From an uncultured Nitrososphaerota archaeon (GTDB taxonomy: Archaea > Thermoproteota > Nitrososphaeria > Nitrososphaerales > CADDZS01): 64,000 bases of DNA. The DNA lies in contig CAWCYI010000006.1 of NCBI GenBank assembly GCA_963799845.1, positions 800,001 through 864,000 of the forward strand, read 5' to 3'. Every line of letters starts with the position of its first letter. The first letter of the stretch is position 1. Of this stretch, positions 41,537 to 51,313 are shown in pieces. The notes beneath the pieces are model-generated. The model ran no database searches. It had not been told where the DNA came from and saw only the letters and a list, made by a program, of their open reading frames with translations. The position numbers and the translations under genes were made by a program.

Positions 41537-41959
41537 TTGAAACTCGTGGTCGACACTAATGTTTTGCTCGGCTCGTTGATAAGGAACTCCACAACCAGAT
41601 TGTTGCTCATGAATCCCGATCATGAGTTTTCCATCCCAGAATTTGCTCTGCAGGAAGTGGCAAAATATTCAGACGTGATAAGCTCCAAATCTGGGCTGGC
41701 GAAGAAAGAAATCAAACTGTTGATAGACACGCTAGCAACGAACTTGAAGCTGGTCCCGCTGGAAGAATTCGTGGAAGGTTTTGGTCAAGCGGAGGAGGCA
41801 CTGAATAATATCGACGAAAAGGATATCCCATTCCTCGCACTTGCACTGAGCATCAAATGCGACGGCATCTGGAGCAACGACAAACACTTGAAGGAACAGA
41901 GACTCGTAAAAGTTTGGAACACTCTTGAAATCGTTTCCCTCTTCCGGGATGATAAGTGA
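41537..41959 (+). CDS. PIN-domain toxin
   Basis: LVVDTNVL, QEV, DEKDIPFLALAL, GIWSNDKH. Confidence 0.9.
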   Translation: MKLVVDTNVLLGSLIRNSTTRLLLMNPDHEFSIPEFALQEVAKYSDVISSKSGLAKKEIKLLIDTLATNLKLVPLEEFVEGFGQAEEALNNIDEKDIPFLALALSIKCDGIWSNDKHLKEQRLVKVWNTLEIVSLFRDDK

Positions 41960-42008
41960 CGGGTCTTCAAGTACTAATCCATTGATTCTTAAGGAAAAAG
42001 ATTCTGTC

Positions 42009-42104
42009 GTTTTGCAACCGCGCGTGTTTTCCGATTGATGAGCTCAAAACGAGCTCTGCAAGCTCAGGAGAGCTACGAACGCGCTCTCCTGACAATACAG
42101 AGCT
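42009..42104 (-). repeat. Phased AGCT-array element, copy A (inverted relative to copy B at ~52300-52400)
   Basis: AGCT at 42041, 42052, 42061, 42071 and 42101; the reverse complement aligns with copy B, including TCGGAAAACACGC. Confidence 0.8.
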
Positions 42105-42359
42105 CGGAAAACTAGTTCTCACGCTGTGCTGGAAAGAATCTTGACTTCAAGTGGTTTCACTCTTCCATGGTTACAATCGGTGACATCGACAGGCAAGCGC
42201 TGTTCATAAAATTCCAACACAAAGACCACGAACGAAGTTGGATCGAAAGAGTTACGAATTTTCATTCACTCGATGAAGCCGGAAAACAAAAAGAAAAAAA
42301 TGATCGCTCGAAAAAAAGAGCGACCAAAAAGAGTACGGACTACTTAATCCCTTTGATCT

Positions 42360-42860
42360 CAGCTCACGTCTATCGTGAATGTGCCAGTCCACGAGACATC
42401 GAGCTTTGTTCGTATAGTTGAATTTGAATGTATGCAATCCGGGCGAAGTAGTAGTGCCAATACTTACGCTCAATGTTCCAAGCAATGTCTGACCGGCCTT
42501 AACAGTAAAGGAACTTGTGAGCGAACAAGTAAACTTACCGCCATTGACGGAGAGTTTACAGCCTGTGAAAGTGTACGATTTCGTTCCCGTGTTATGAACA
42601 GTAAGGTCGGCAGATACCGTTGAGCCAGGCGCACCACTATATGATTTTGGGCTAAATTTCACTGTGACCGGTACTTTGGTAAGCGCTGGGCTCAAGACAA
42701 GCGAGTGAGCTGGTGAGGACATTGTTGCCGTGGCGTAAGGTGCACTTGCTGTAGATGCGAAGACTAACGGTGCACTTCCAACCGCAAGTAGGAACGCGAT
42801 CGAGGCAATTAGGCTTGAAGTTACTAAGATGGATTTCATGCGTGAACGACCTTCTGTCAT
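42360..42860 (-). CDS. Small secreted Ig-like protein; frameshift near 42405
   Basis: Signal peptide and a beta-sandwich with a Cys pair. Removing one base beside AGCT gives NYTNKLDVSWTGTFTIDVS* ending at ~42360. Confidence 0.7.
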
Positions 42861-43220
42861 TGATATTAATGTATCTGTAATGGAACAGATAATTTGTGAA
42901 CTATATCGGATGCCGATAGACGCTTAAAGGTTGCTTCTTTTGCTAGGCTGGAATATTTGGCACTCCGGAAATTCCCAGCTGACGAATTTTACACCGAGAA
43001 TTAGTTCTCAGACTTGCACTGGAACGCTATCAGCTTTAAGCATAGCTCCGTGATAAATGGCATCCCGCCTAAATTAAAAACAAAGCTCAGAAGCAAAGAG
43101 CTCTTCGATACGTCCGTGAATAGTTTGCAGAACACCTACCCGGAGAGAAGGCGAATGACGCGGTTGAATTACAGCTTGCTATAGGTCTATTCTGAGGCCA
43201 ATAACGTAAAGCCACAAGCC

Positions 43221-43429
43221 GTCTTGGTCAACTCGCTCTCGATTCCCTTCATCGTTCCAACCGTCATCGAAATTCCAATTCTGACCGTACGATTCTTTTT
43301 GTCCAGGCAGATAGGGTGACGAGCAACGTGATCTTTGTGAAGATCGCAAGGAGTGCCCCCCATCACCACGAAATCATGTTCTATTCTTGATATATCGTTC
43401 TAGATCTCAATTTTTTTCGAAAGCCGACT
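43221..43429 (+). repeat. Copy 2 of the ~210-bp diverged direct repeat
   Basis: Aligns with 39402-39613. Confidence 0.9.
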
Positions 43430-43755
43430 CGTGCGAATAAATAGCGCACTCGATAGGATTTGGGATCCATGTCCCAGATCCAGATTTCAGCTCCACGTGA
43501 TAGAGAGAATAGGGAATACGATCCACTGGTATGCAAAACCTGTCAGAAAATAGCATCTGACGATCCCCAGCCTGCGAGAACTCCGTACAGCGACTGCGAG
43601 GAACATTTCCATCAGAGGGTAACGAACCTGCTCCTTAACGGCGGCCTCCAGATAATCTGAGTACGCGGTTCAGACCCTGGAACCGCCTTTTTTGCTGCCC
43701 TTGAAGTACTCGATCCAAGCGAAGGTGTCAATTACGTGAACTACCCACGACTGAA

Positions 43756-44931
43756 CAGTAGATGCGAATCAAGTATGCTTTTCTCGTATGTTAAATGACC
43801 CACTCATAATCAGACCGATGAGAGAGAGTTTCATTTGTATTACTTCCACCGATTCGTTCGGATGGAGCAGCTCTTGGTTGGCATTGTACATGACCCACGA
43901 ATTGTAGACAAGACATGCAAAGAGATAGTAGAACAATCTTACCACGTAGTTCCTTGATGTTGTTTTTATCAGGAATTGATTTGACATTCGGTAGCTTGTC
44001 TCTATGCCCCAGCGGTTCTTGAATAGCCTTAGGATTGTTTCAGCTTTGTAGGGAAGATTTGTTGCAAACAGGTACTTGTAATCCTTTGTCTTGTCATATG
44101 CCACTACAACTTCAAACGAGGCTTGTTCAGATTCCCTCCTCCTGTGTCCGCTAGTAGTGTACGTGAACCTCCTACCCTGCCAGAGCCTCATTTTCTTTGT
44201 CTTGTAGGTTGGAGCCATTCGCACGATGTACTTGAGTCCAGATTCCTCAAGAAATCTGAGTAGGTTTGTGTGAAAGAATCCGCCGTCAAAAACCAGATAG
44301 CGAATTCTTATTTTCAGCTCTTCTTGCAGTTTTCGCACAATTTGTGTGGTAGACGAGACAAGTTCCGAGCCTGATGCTAATCCTGTAACAGCTACGATCA
44401 GTCTTTCTCCATCTGCTAGAACAGAAGCTGTAAGGTACTTGAATGAATAATTGCTTCCGTCCCTGTGCATGGTTCCAATGACCATCGGTGTTTCTTCATG
44501 ATTACCGTAGTACATGACATCATGCAGATCCAAAGCGACAGGGACTGGTACGCGTAATTTTCTTCTTTTTCTAAGATCCTTCACATTCCCGTCTATCAAA
44601 TTATCGAAGATTTGTTTGACTCTCGCTTCTCTTTGTGATTTAATGTACGAAAGAAGAGTTTCTGCAGTCGGTGATTCGCCTAGAGATTTCGAAACACCTT
44701 CAGCAAATCCATTTACCAAGCTCGCCGAGATGAGCAGGTTTAGGTGTTCATTCTTGGAATAAATCGCTCTCTCCTTCAGCTCATATGTCAGCAGTCCTGA
44801 GATGTTTTTCTTTACGAATTCATACAGCTTTCTCGAATTGAACCTCAATTGGAACGTCGGAAACAAGCCCTAAGGCGGGCTGGCCATAATAATTGCGGCC
44901 GGAAATCGCCTAGATTCGTTCGCATCTACTG
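43756..44931 (-). mobile_element. ISH3-like (IS4 superfamily) insertion sequence
   Basis: Perfect 13-bp TIRs CAGTAGATGCGAA (43756-43768) and TTCGCATCTACTG (44919-44931); 4-bp TSD TGAA at 43752-43755 and 44932-44935. Confidence 0.92.
43769..44866 (-). CDS. ISH3-like DDE transposase
   Basis: VALDLH..MYYG, LVFDGGFF, F..RWGIETSYR, RLFYYLFA. Confidence 0.92.
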   Translation of the reverse strand: MFPTFQLRFNSRKLYEFVKKNISGLLTYELKERAIYSKNEHLNLLISASLVNGFAEGVSKSLGESPTAETLLSYIKSQREARVKQIFDNLIDGNVKDLRKRRKLRVPVPVALDLHDVMYYGNHEETPMVIGTMHRDGSNYSFKYLTASVLADGERLIVAVTGLASGSELVSSTTQIVRKLQEELKIRIRYLVFDGGFFHTNLLRFLEESGLKYIVRMAPTYKTKKMRLWQGRRFTYTTSGHRRRESEQASFEVVVAYDKTKDYKYLFATNLPYKAETILRLFKNRWGIETSYRMSNQFLIKTTSRNYVVRLFYYLFACLVYNSWVMYNANQELLHPNESVEVIQMKLSLIGLIMSGSFNIREKHT

Positions 44932-46216
44932 TGAAGATCGTGGGCTTCTCCACGACCATAGCAGGGCTTCCTGTTTCAACCACCATGCTTGCTCTGATGT
45001 GTGGAATGCTGTTGAAGTATTCCAAGAGAGTATAGGCAAGAGTGTCCGCAGGCGTTAATTCCCTATGCACCATAGGTACTCCTCCTTCCTTTTCGATGTT
45101 TATCGCGGAGTTCAAGTCTCTGTCCATTACGAGACCACAGTATGTGCATTCATAGATTCGATCCGCAAGAGTGACCTGATTCCTTGCGTTGCAACGCGAG
45201 CATTTCTGGGTCGTGGGAATGAAGCTATCCACTTTCCTCGGCGTTTGTGCCTTCTTTTCAAGCGCACTGATTATTCCGCCGAGCGAGGTGTTCAAGATTC
45301 TTCTTCCCCAGATCCGCTGCCAGGCTTTGATTGTATCATCCTGATAGCAAATCGTTGTGAACTGTTTTGTGAGTCCGCGCACAAGCTTGTTCTGGATATC
45401 CTTTTTGACGCTCGTCGTCCCGTCATAGGCTTTATCCAGTTTCGTTTTTGCCTTCCACCAGTTGTGGCTGTGGTATTTCTTTCTGCTTAGCTTCCTGCAC
45501 AGCTTCTTCATATGGTCTGTTATTGGCACTTCGTAGTTGATTCTGATCCCGCTTGATAGCGTGAGCTGGTTTTTGATTCCCAAGTCTATGCCTACGCTTT
45601 TTGATGGCTGTTCTTCTTCCCGATGCTTCGGAACTACTTTAGTCTGGTATGTCGTCACATGTAGATAGTAGTCTCCATGCTTTCGGACCAGAAGAGCGGA
45701 TGCAAGATCGGCACTCGCAGGAAGCTGAAAAATCCCTCTTGTTTTGAGTCCCTGCTTGATTCCCTGAATGTGGACGTAGTGCTTATCGAAGATCCAATAC
45801 GTCATCCCTTGCTGCTTGAGTGGGATGGAACAGATTTCACTTTTGAATTTGAGCGCACCAACTTTGTGTCCGCTCTTCTTCAGCCTGGAAAGTGATCTGA
45901 TGTTGTCTCTCATCCTGTCGATGAGTTCCTGTTTCATCTGGGATGATAGGCATCGGATTTCTCTTGTTTCGAAACCATTCTTTGCCTTGACACGGACCGC
46001 GCCCAACCTGTAGTCGGCCTCGAATATGTTTCCGTTTGCAAGCACATGATTGTAGAACCACTTGGCTTCGAGAAATAATCTGTCGAGATGTTTGTGTGTC
46101 TTGTCGCTGAGATGGGAAGTATCTATTTTCAGCTCGTATTGCTTACAGGTTTGAGTCCTCCGTCTCTCCTTAGTTTTCTTGAGCGAGCCGCGTATGGCGT
46201 CATTCTTGAGAGACAT
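44870..46216 (-). CDS. tnpB: TnpB (C-terminus now reads into the ISH3 end)
   Basis: GIDLGIK, ICYQDD, TTQKCSRC...CTYCG, DRDLNSAINI; the original ending was EKPTIFSRG*. Confidence 0.92.
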   Translation of the reverse strand: MSLKNDAIRGSLKKTKERRRTQTCKQYELKIDTSHLSDKTHKHLDRLFLEAKWFYNHVLANGNIFEADYRLGAVRVKAKNGFETREIRCLSSQMKQELIDRMRDNIRSLSRLKKSGHKVGALKFKSEICSIPLKQQGMTYWIFDKHYVHIQGIKQGLKTRGIFQLPASADLASALLVRKHGDYYLHVTTYQTKVVPKHREEEQPSKSVGIDLGIKNQLTLSSGIRINYEVPITDHMKKLCRKLSRKKYHSHNWWKAKTKLDKAYDGTTSVKKDIQNKLVRGLTKQFTTICYQDDTIKAWQRIWGRRILNTSLGGIISALEKKAQTPRKVDSFIPTTQKCSRCNARNQVTLADRIYECTYCGLVMDRDLNSAINIEKEGGVPMVHRELTPADTLAYTLLEYFNSIPHIRASMVVETGSPAMVVEKPTIFTVDANESRRFPAAIIMASPP

Positions 46217-46282
46217 CCGACTCTCTCAAGCGCAATTCATCCCATGTTTTAAAACATGGGCTTTCTTGCACAATCTGGTAAA

Positions 46283-46358
46283 TCCGATCGGCCTCTCTTA
46301 CAAAAAGCATGTCACTTGCTCTTCCTATCCCGGAACCAGATCCTGTAACTATTGCAAC
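46283..46358 (-). pseudogene. SDR N-terminal remnant
   Basis: Translates VAIVTGSGSGIGRASDMLFVRE (TGxxxGIG Rossmann motif); continues as LRLGN on the far side of the IS630. Confidence 0.7.
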
Positions 46359-46361
46359 TTA

Positions 46362-47485
46362 ACCTGGCCGACATAAGTTCATAGACACCTGTTGGTCAGA
46401 AGGAATTTCTTCATGTCAAGATGCGAGCAAAACCTTCGCGTTCGATAGTATTCTGCCAGGATTGATTTCAGTTCTTTCAATGACGTCGGAAAGGTTGGAA
46501 GCCTTGAGAGATCCTTCTCACCCTCGCGCCAACACTCCTCCATCATGTTGAACTCTGGCGAAGCTGTCGGGATCCATCTGACTCTGAGAGTCTTCCTGTT
46601 CTTACCCAAATAATCAGTTACGATCCTGGTTTTGTGGTGTTGCCTTGCTTTGTCAAGGAAGAGATAGAGTGATCCAAACTTCCTGTGCACCTTCTTCAGG
46701 TAGTCGAGGAATGTCTCGCCATTGAATTTCTCGTACTGCCTGAAGATTTGTGTCCCGTCCAGGCTGATCGCTCCAAACACCACGGTGTTGCCGTGCGAGC
46801 CTGACACAATCCGAATCGGTCGAATCCCTTTGACCGCCCACACCCTTTTGGTTTCTATGTTCTGGACGAAGATTGATTCGTCTTCGGATGCTACGGTGAA
46901 GCCTTCCGGGATATTCCTGAGGAGTCTTGCGGTCCTTTTTTAAATTCGAGCCTCTCTTCGAGGGAAGCCTTGTGAAGTAACCTCTTGTCAGGGACAATTG
47001 CTCTCACTCCCCACTTCTGCATCAACCTGTAGATGTGTCTCTCAGTGTATGCCACGTCTGCTTCCTTGCGGATCATCTCCCTGACCTCCTTCACGGTCCA
47101 GCCGCATTCGTTCTTCACGACCTTCCTCTTCACCGCAATGAACTTGTTGTGATCGAGCTTCGGAGGTCTCCCGCTCCTTTCCATCGTCTTGAGTCCTTCT
47201 AGCCCATCTTTCTCGAAACGTCTAAGCCACGGTGTCGTCCATGATTTGTGCCGGTGAACTTCCCTTGCTACGTGCGACGCCGGGACACCCTCGTACTTGA
47301 CCTTCAGAACGAGGAATATCCTCTTGCTTACGTTTGCGTCCCTCTCCTCTCTATAAGCCTCTTCAACAATCTCCTTCGGTGCCTGTAATCGAGACATACA
47401 ACCTGAGATAGGAAGGGAAGTTGGCCAAAAATGAGAATGTCTAGGTCTGTGGCCCTTTCAGTCTAATAATTTATGTCGGCCAGGT
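46362..47485 (-). mobile_element. IS630-family insertion sequence
   Basis: Imperfect ~25-bp TIRs ACCTGGCCGACATAA(G/A)TT..TAGAC flanked by duplicated TA (46360-46361, 47486-47487). Confidence 0.92.
46379..47397 (-). CDS. IS630 transposase in two frames (HTH ORF plus DDE ORF), probable programmed -1 frameshift
   Basis: HTH ORF ends LEFKK at slippery TTTAAAAAAG (~46933-46944). The DDE part has SEDESIF, FLDKARQH and SPEFNMMEECW. Confidence 0.88.
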
Positions 47486-47608
47486 TAGTTTCCCAATCTC
47501 AGACGAATTTCACCTGAAGTATATTCCAACCGAAAACAATTTCTTAAATAATATTTGTGCGATTCTCGGGAAGACCTAGCAGGCTCTCCAGTTAGTTAGT
47601 GACTTCCA

Positions 47609-48595
47609 ATGGCGCAGATAGAAATCTCTGCAAATCTTGGAGAAAACGATTTTGATCCGAAAGAGTTCGTCGATGCCGCGGGTTATGCGGAAGAGGCGGG
47701 TTTCTCGACTGTCTGGTTTGGTGACCACATCTTTCCTTGGTACCATTCAGGCAAGAGGTCCTCTTTCGTCTGGTCGATGATGCCGACAGCATTGGAGAAA
47801 ACTGATCGAATCAAAGTCGGACCTTGGGTCACTGTGCCAACTGGAGCACGGTATCATCCGGCGATCATAGCACGGGCTGCTGCCACCTTGGACAACATGT
47901 ACCCGGGTAGACTCTTGCTCGGTGTCGGCACTGGAGAGGCTTTGAACGAACGCCCCTTCTGGAATGATCGGTGGCCAAAATGGGAAGAAAGAATGGACAG
48001 GATGACGGAAGGCATCCGGTTGATACGCCAAATGTGGGACTCCAAGGAACCCTTCAAGTTTGAAGGCAAATACTTCTCGTCTGGTTTTTACTGCCTCTAC
48101 ACCAAACCAAGGAGGAAGATCCCGATTTATGCTTCAGCGATAGGAAGGAAAGCCGCTTATGCTGCCGGCGCGAATACTGAGGGATTGATCACATTGAGTC
48201 CGAGGAATGATGTCCAGAGGCTCAAGGATGTGATCCTTCCTGCCTACATGCAGGGTAGACGCGAGACTAACAAGAAAGGATTAGGAAAGGTTGCCATTGA
48301 ACTGATCCACAGCTTCGAGACGCCCGAATATCTTCTCAAGAACGCGTGGAGAACACTTGGCATTTGGAGAAAAGATTCCTGGAGTACGCCTAACCCCATA
48401 GAAGTCGAGAATGAAGGGAGGAAAGTTACCCGGGAGCAACTTCAAAGTAACGTGCACTTCTGCAAAAGCTGGAAAGGCATGGTGAAACTGATCGAGACGT
48501 ATCAAGAGGTTGGTGTCAACGAAGTGAACATCTCCACTGGTTGTACTAAGAAAATGATCCGAGCGGTTGCAAAGAACGTCCACGACGTCTTCTAA
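47609..48595 (+). CDS. LLM-class flavin/F420-dependent oxidoreductase
   Basis: AEEAGF..VWFGDHIFPW, RYHPAIIA.AAATL, GRLLLGVGTGEALNE, FEGKYF. Confidence 0.92.
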   Translation: MAQIEISANLGENDFDPKEFVDAAGYAEEAGFSTVWFGDHIFPWYHSGKRSSFVWSMMPTALEKTDRIKVGPWVTVPTGARYHPAIIARAAATLDNMYPGRLLLGVGTGEALNERPFWNDRWPKWEERMDRMTEGIRLIRQMWDSKEPFKFEGKYFSSGFYCLYTKPRRKIPIYASAIGRKAAYAAGANTEGLITLSPRNDVQRLKDVILPAYMQGRRETNKKGLGKVAIELIHSFETPEYLLKNAWRTLGIWRKDSWSTPNPIEVENEGRKVTREQLQSNVHFCKSWKGMVKLIETYQEVGVNEVNISTGCTKKMIRAVAKNVHDVF

Positions 48596-48643
48596 TTCGA
48601 TTCATGATCCAGATCAAAATGAAAGATTTCGAGGCTTTGTAAA

Positions 48644-48883
48644 ATGGAGTACAAGCAGCTGGGCAAGTCTGGGGTGAAAGTGTCCAACCTTTGTATGGAC
48701 ACGATGGATTTTGGATCTAAAATAAATGGAGCCGCAGCAATCAAGCTTGTCAAGCGTGCCGTGGATTTAGACGCCAACTTCTTTGACACAGCTGATGTTT
48801 ACAAAAACGGCAAGTCAGAAGAGATCCTGGGTAAAGTCATCAAAGCCATGAGAGATGAACTGCGAAGAAAAGTGGAGCCCTAA
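48644..48883 (+). pseudogene. Aldo/keto reductase N-terminal fragment
   Basis: MEYKQLGKSGVKVSNLC...NFFDTADVYKNGKSEEILG, then stop; degraded homolog of 25228-26193. Confidence 0.85.
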
Positions 48884-48987
48884 AAGTGGTGAACATTGAT
48901 GCCCTGAGATCTCTTGCAGAAGAGATCATGCCATTTTGAGACACTTGATTCTAGTTGCCATAATCTAACATGAAGAAAACGCGGCTC

Positions 48988-51313
48988 TCAAGAATTTCCA
49001 GCCGATTTCATGAGATCTAGAATGTAATCCGGCGCCAAGGGCATTTTGTCCACGAAAACGCCGAGCGGAGAAAGGGCGTCGTCGACCGCGTTAACGACAA
49101 CTGTCGCAGCAGCTATCGTGGGACCCTCTCCAATTCCCTTTATTCCCAGCGGATTACGGCTTGTGGGAGTTTCGGTCCTCCCGCACTCAATATGTGGAAG
49201 CGTTTCAGCCACGGGCAAGAGGTAATCTGCGAGCGTGGCGGTAAGAAGTTGGCCTGATTCGTTGTATACTATCTGTTCTAAAAGTGCCTGACCGATTCCC
49301 TGAAGCACTCCGCCGTGAACCTGACCTTCCACTATCAGCGGGTTGATCACTTTGCCGCAGTCGTCCACTGCAAAATATTTTAAGAGCTTGACCACTCCGG
49401 TCTCTTTGTCTACCTCTACTGCAGCGACATGAGCTCCGAAGGGATAAATGAAATCTGTCGGGGCAAATGCGGTGTATTCGAATAGAGTAGCTTCCATCCT
49501 TTCGGAAGTTTGTCCGGTCGATACGCCGTTCTAGCGACATCGAGAAAAGTAACGACTTTTTTAGGAGTCTTTGAAACGAAGATCTTGCCATCCTGGAATG
49601 ATAACTCGTCTTCAGCGGTATTCAGCATGCCTACGGCTATTTTGCTCATCTTCTTTTTGACCTTGTTTGCACACACGAATACAGCACTACCGGTTCCCGA
49701 CGATCCCGACTGCCCCCGGTAACAAAACCGAATACCAGGGAGTTTGTGTCTCCGTACTTTACGTCCATATCCGCCGGGTCAATTCCCAGAACCTGCGCTG
49801 CGATCTGCACTGCGGACGTCGCGTGGCCCTGCCCCTGCGGCTCGCCGCCGATCGCGATGGTAACTTTTCCGGTACTCGTTACAGAAATTGCTGCCGTCTG
49901 CGGTGCCTGTGCACCTGTGCCGGTAATGTCGACCCAAGACGCAAGGCCGATTCCAACAAGTCTTCCATCCTCTCTCGCCCTGCGTTGCATCGTTCTTAGT
50001 GTTTCATATTCTGAAACTTTGAGAGCCTCCATAAGATTTCTTTCATAATCGCCGGAATCGTAAGACAGTCCGGTCATCGTTTTGTAGGGAAACTTGTCGC
50101 GTCTTACGTAATTTGAAGTACGCAGCCTTACCGGATCGAACTTCAGCTTTCGAGCAATTGTGTTAATAGTCCTCTCGATCAGATAATTTGCTTCAGGACG
50201 ACCCGCGCCCCTGTAAGAATCCTGCGGAACCTTGTTGGTGAAAACGTGAAGCACTTCCGATCTGAAGGCAGATAAATCATATTGACCTGGAGCCAATTGC
50301 ATGGTAGAAGATGGATTGGACCAGCCAGTTGAAGTGTTGTAAGCTCCGCAGTCCGAAACAATCTTTATCTTCAAGCCACGCACCAATCCGTCCCGCGAAA
50401 CAGCAGCCTCAACATACTGCTTTTGGCCCCTTCCATGCGTCATCGAAAGTAAATTCTCGCTCCTTGTTTCTACCCATTTAATCGAACGACCAAGCCTCAT
50501 GGAAGCATACGCGACTGCGATCTCCTCTGGGTAGAGAGCGGCCTTTGCCCCAAAACCGCCGCCAACATCCGGAGCAATGACGCGGACCTTGTTCTCTGGC
50601 AGTTCAAGAGTATCTGCAATTAATGATCTAGCACCGTGCGGGTCCTGAGTAGACAGCCAGACGGTGAGCGATCTAGCACCAACATCATAACTAGCCACGA
50701 CTCCTCTTGGTTCCATGGGGAGCGGCGCGACTCGCTGGTTTGTGATTTCAAGTGCGATCTTCTCATCTGCTTCTTCAAAGACCTTGTCGACATCGCCAGA
50801 CTCATATTTCGAATGGTAGGCGATATTATTGGAGAGATAGTCGTGCGTTCTCGCAGCATTAGGCTTGAGTGCCTTTTCTAGATCTTCCACGGCCTCTAGC
50901 GGTTCATAGTCTACCAGTACGAGTTCAGCAGCATCTTCCGCTGCATACGAGTCTTTCGCAACAACTAGGGCGATCGCTTCACCAAGATAATTTACTTCAT
51001 CTATTGCCAAGACGGGCCTGGGACTGTCTGTCTTTTCACTATCGTTGCCAGTGGTCGGCATGTTCTTGACATGTTTGAGATCTCTAGCTGTCAGGACGAG
51101 CGCTACGTCATGGTGTACCGCAGACAAGTCGATTCCCTTGATTTTGGCGTGGGCGTACGCAGCTCTTACAAACACGCCGTAAAGCGTGTCAGGTAGCCTG
51201 ATGTCATCGAGGTACCTTCCCTCGCCCGTGACTAGCCTAGGATCCTCGACACGTTTCATCGGGTACCCTACAATATCTTTGCTTTTGGTGATAGCTTCTT
51301 GTAACGTAGACAA
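48988..51313 (-). CDS. Xanthine-dehydrogenase-family molybdopterin large subunit (CoxL/CutA-like); two frameshifts (~49705, ~49498)
   Basis: RVEDPRLVTGEGRYLDD, DVGGGFGAK, active-site loop SYRGAGRPE, QGQGHAT, DDCGKVINP.IVEGQVHGG, KGIGE. Confidence 0.92.

Larger units (their letters stand above)
43736..46277 (-). mobile_element. IS200/IS605-family tnpB-only element whose right-end hairpin is split by an ISH3 insertion
   Basis: Left end TTTAC|cagattgtgcaag-AAAG-CCCATGTTTTAAAACATGGG. Reconstructed right end GAAG-CCCACGATCTTCAGTCGTGGG-tagt-TCAC|. Both pairs follow the IS608 rule (AAAG/TTAC, GAAG/TCAC). Confidence 0.88.

Noticed and set aside
48988-51313. Aerobic CO dehydrogenase (form I coxL)
   Set aside because: Lacks the AYxCSFR signature and has no coxM/coxS neighbours.
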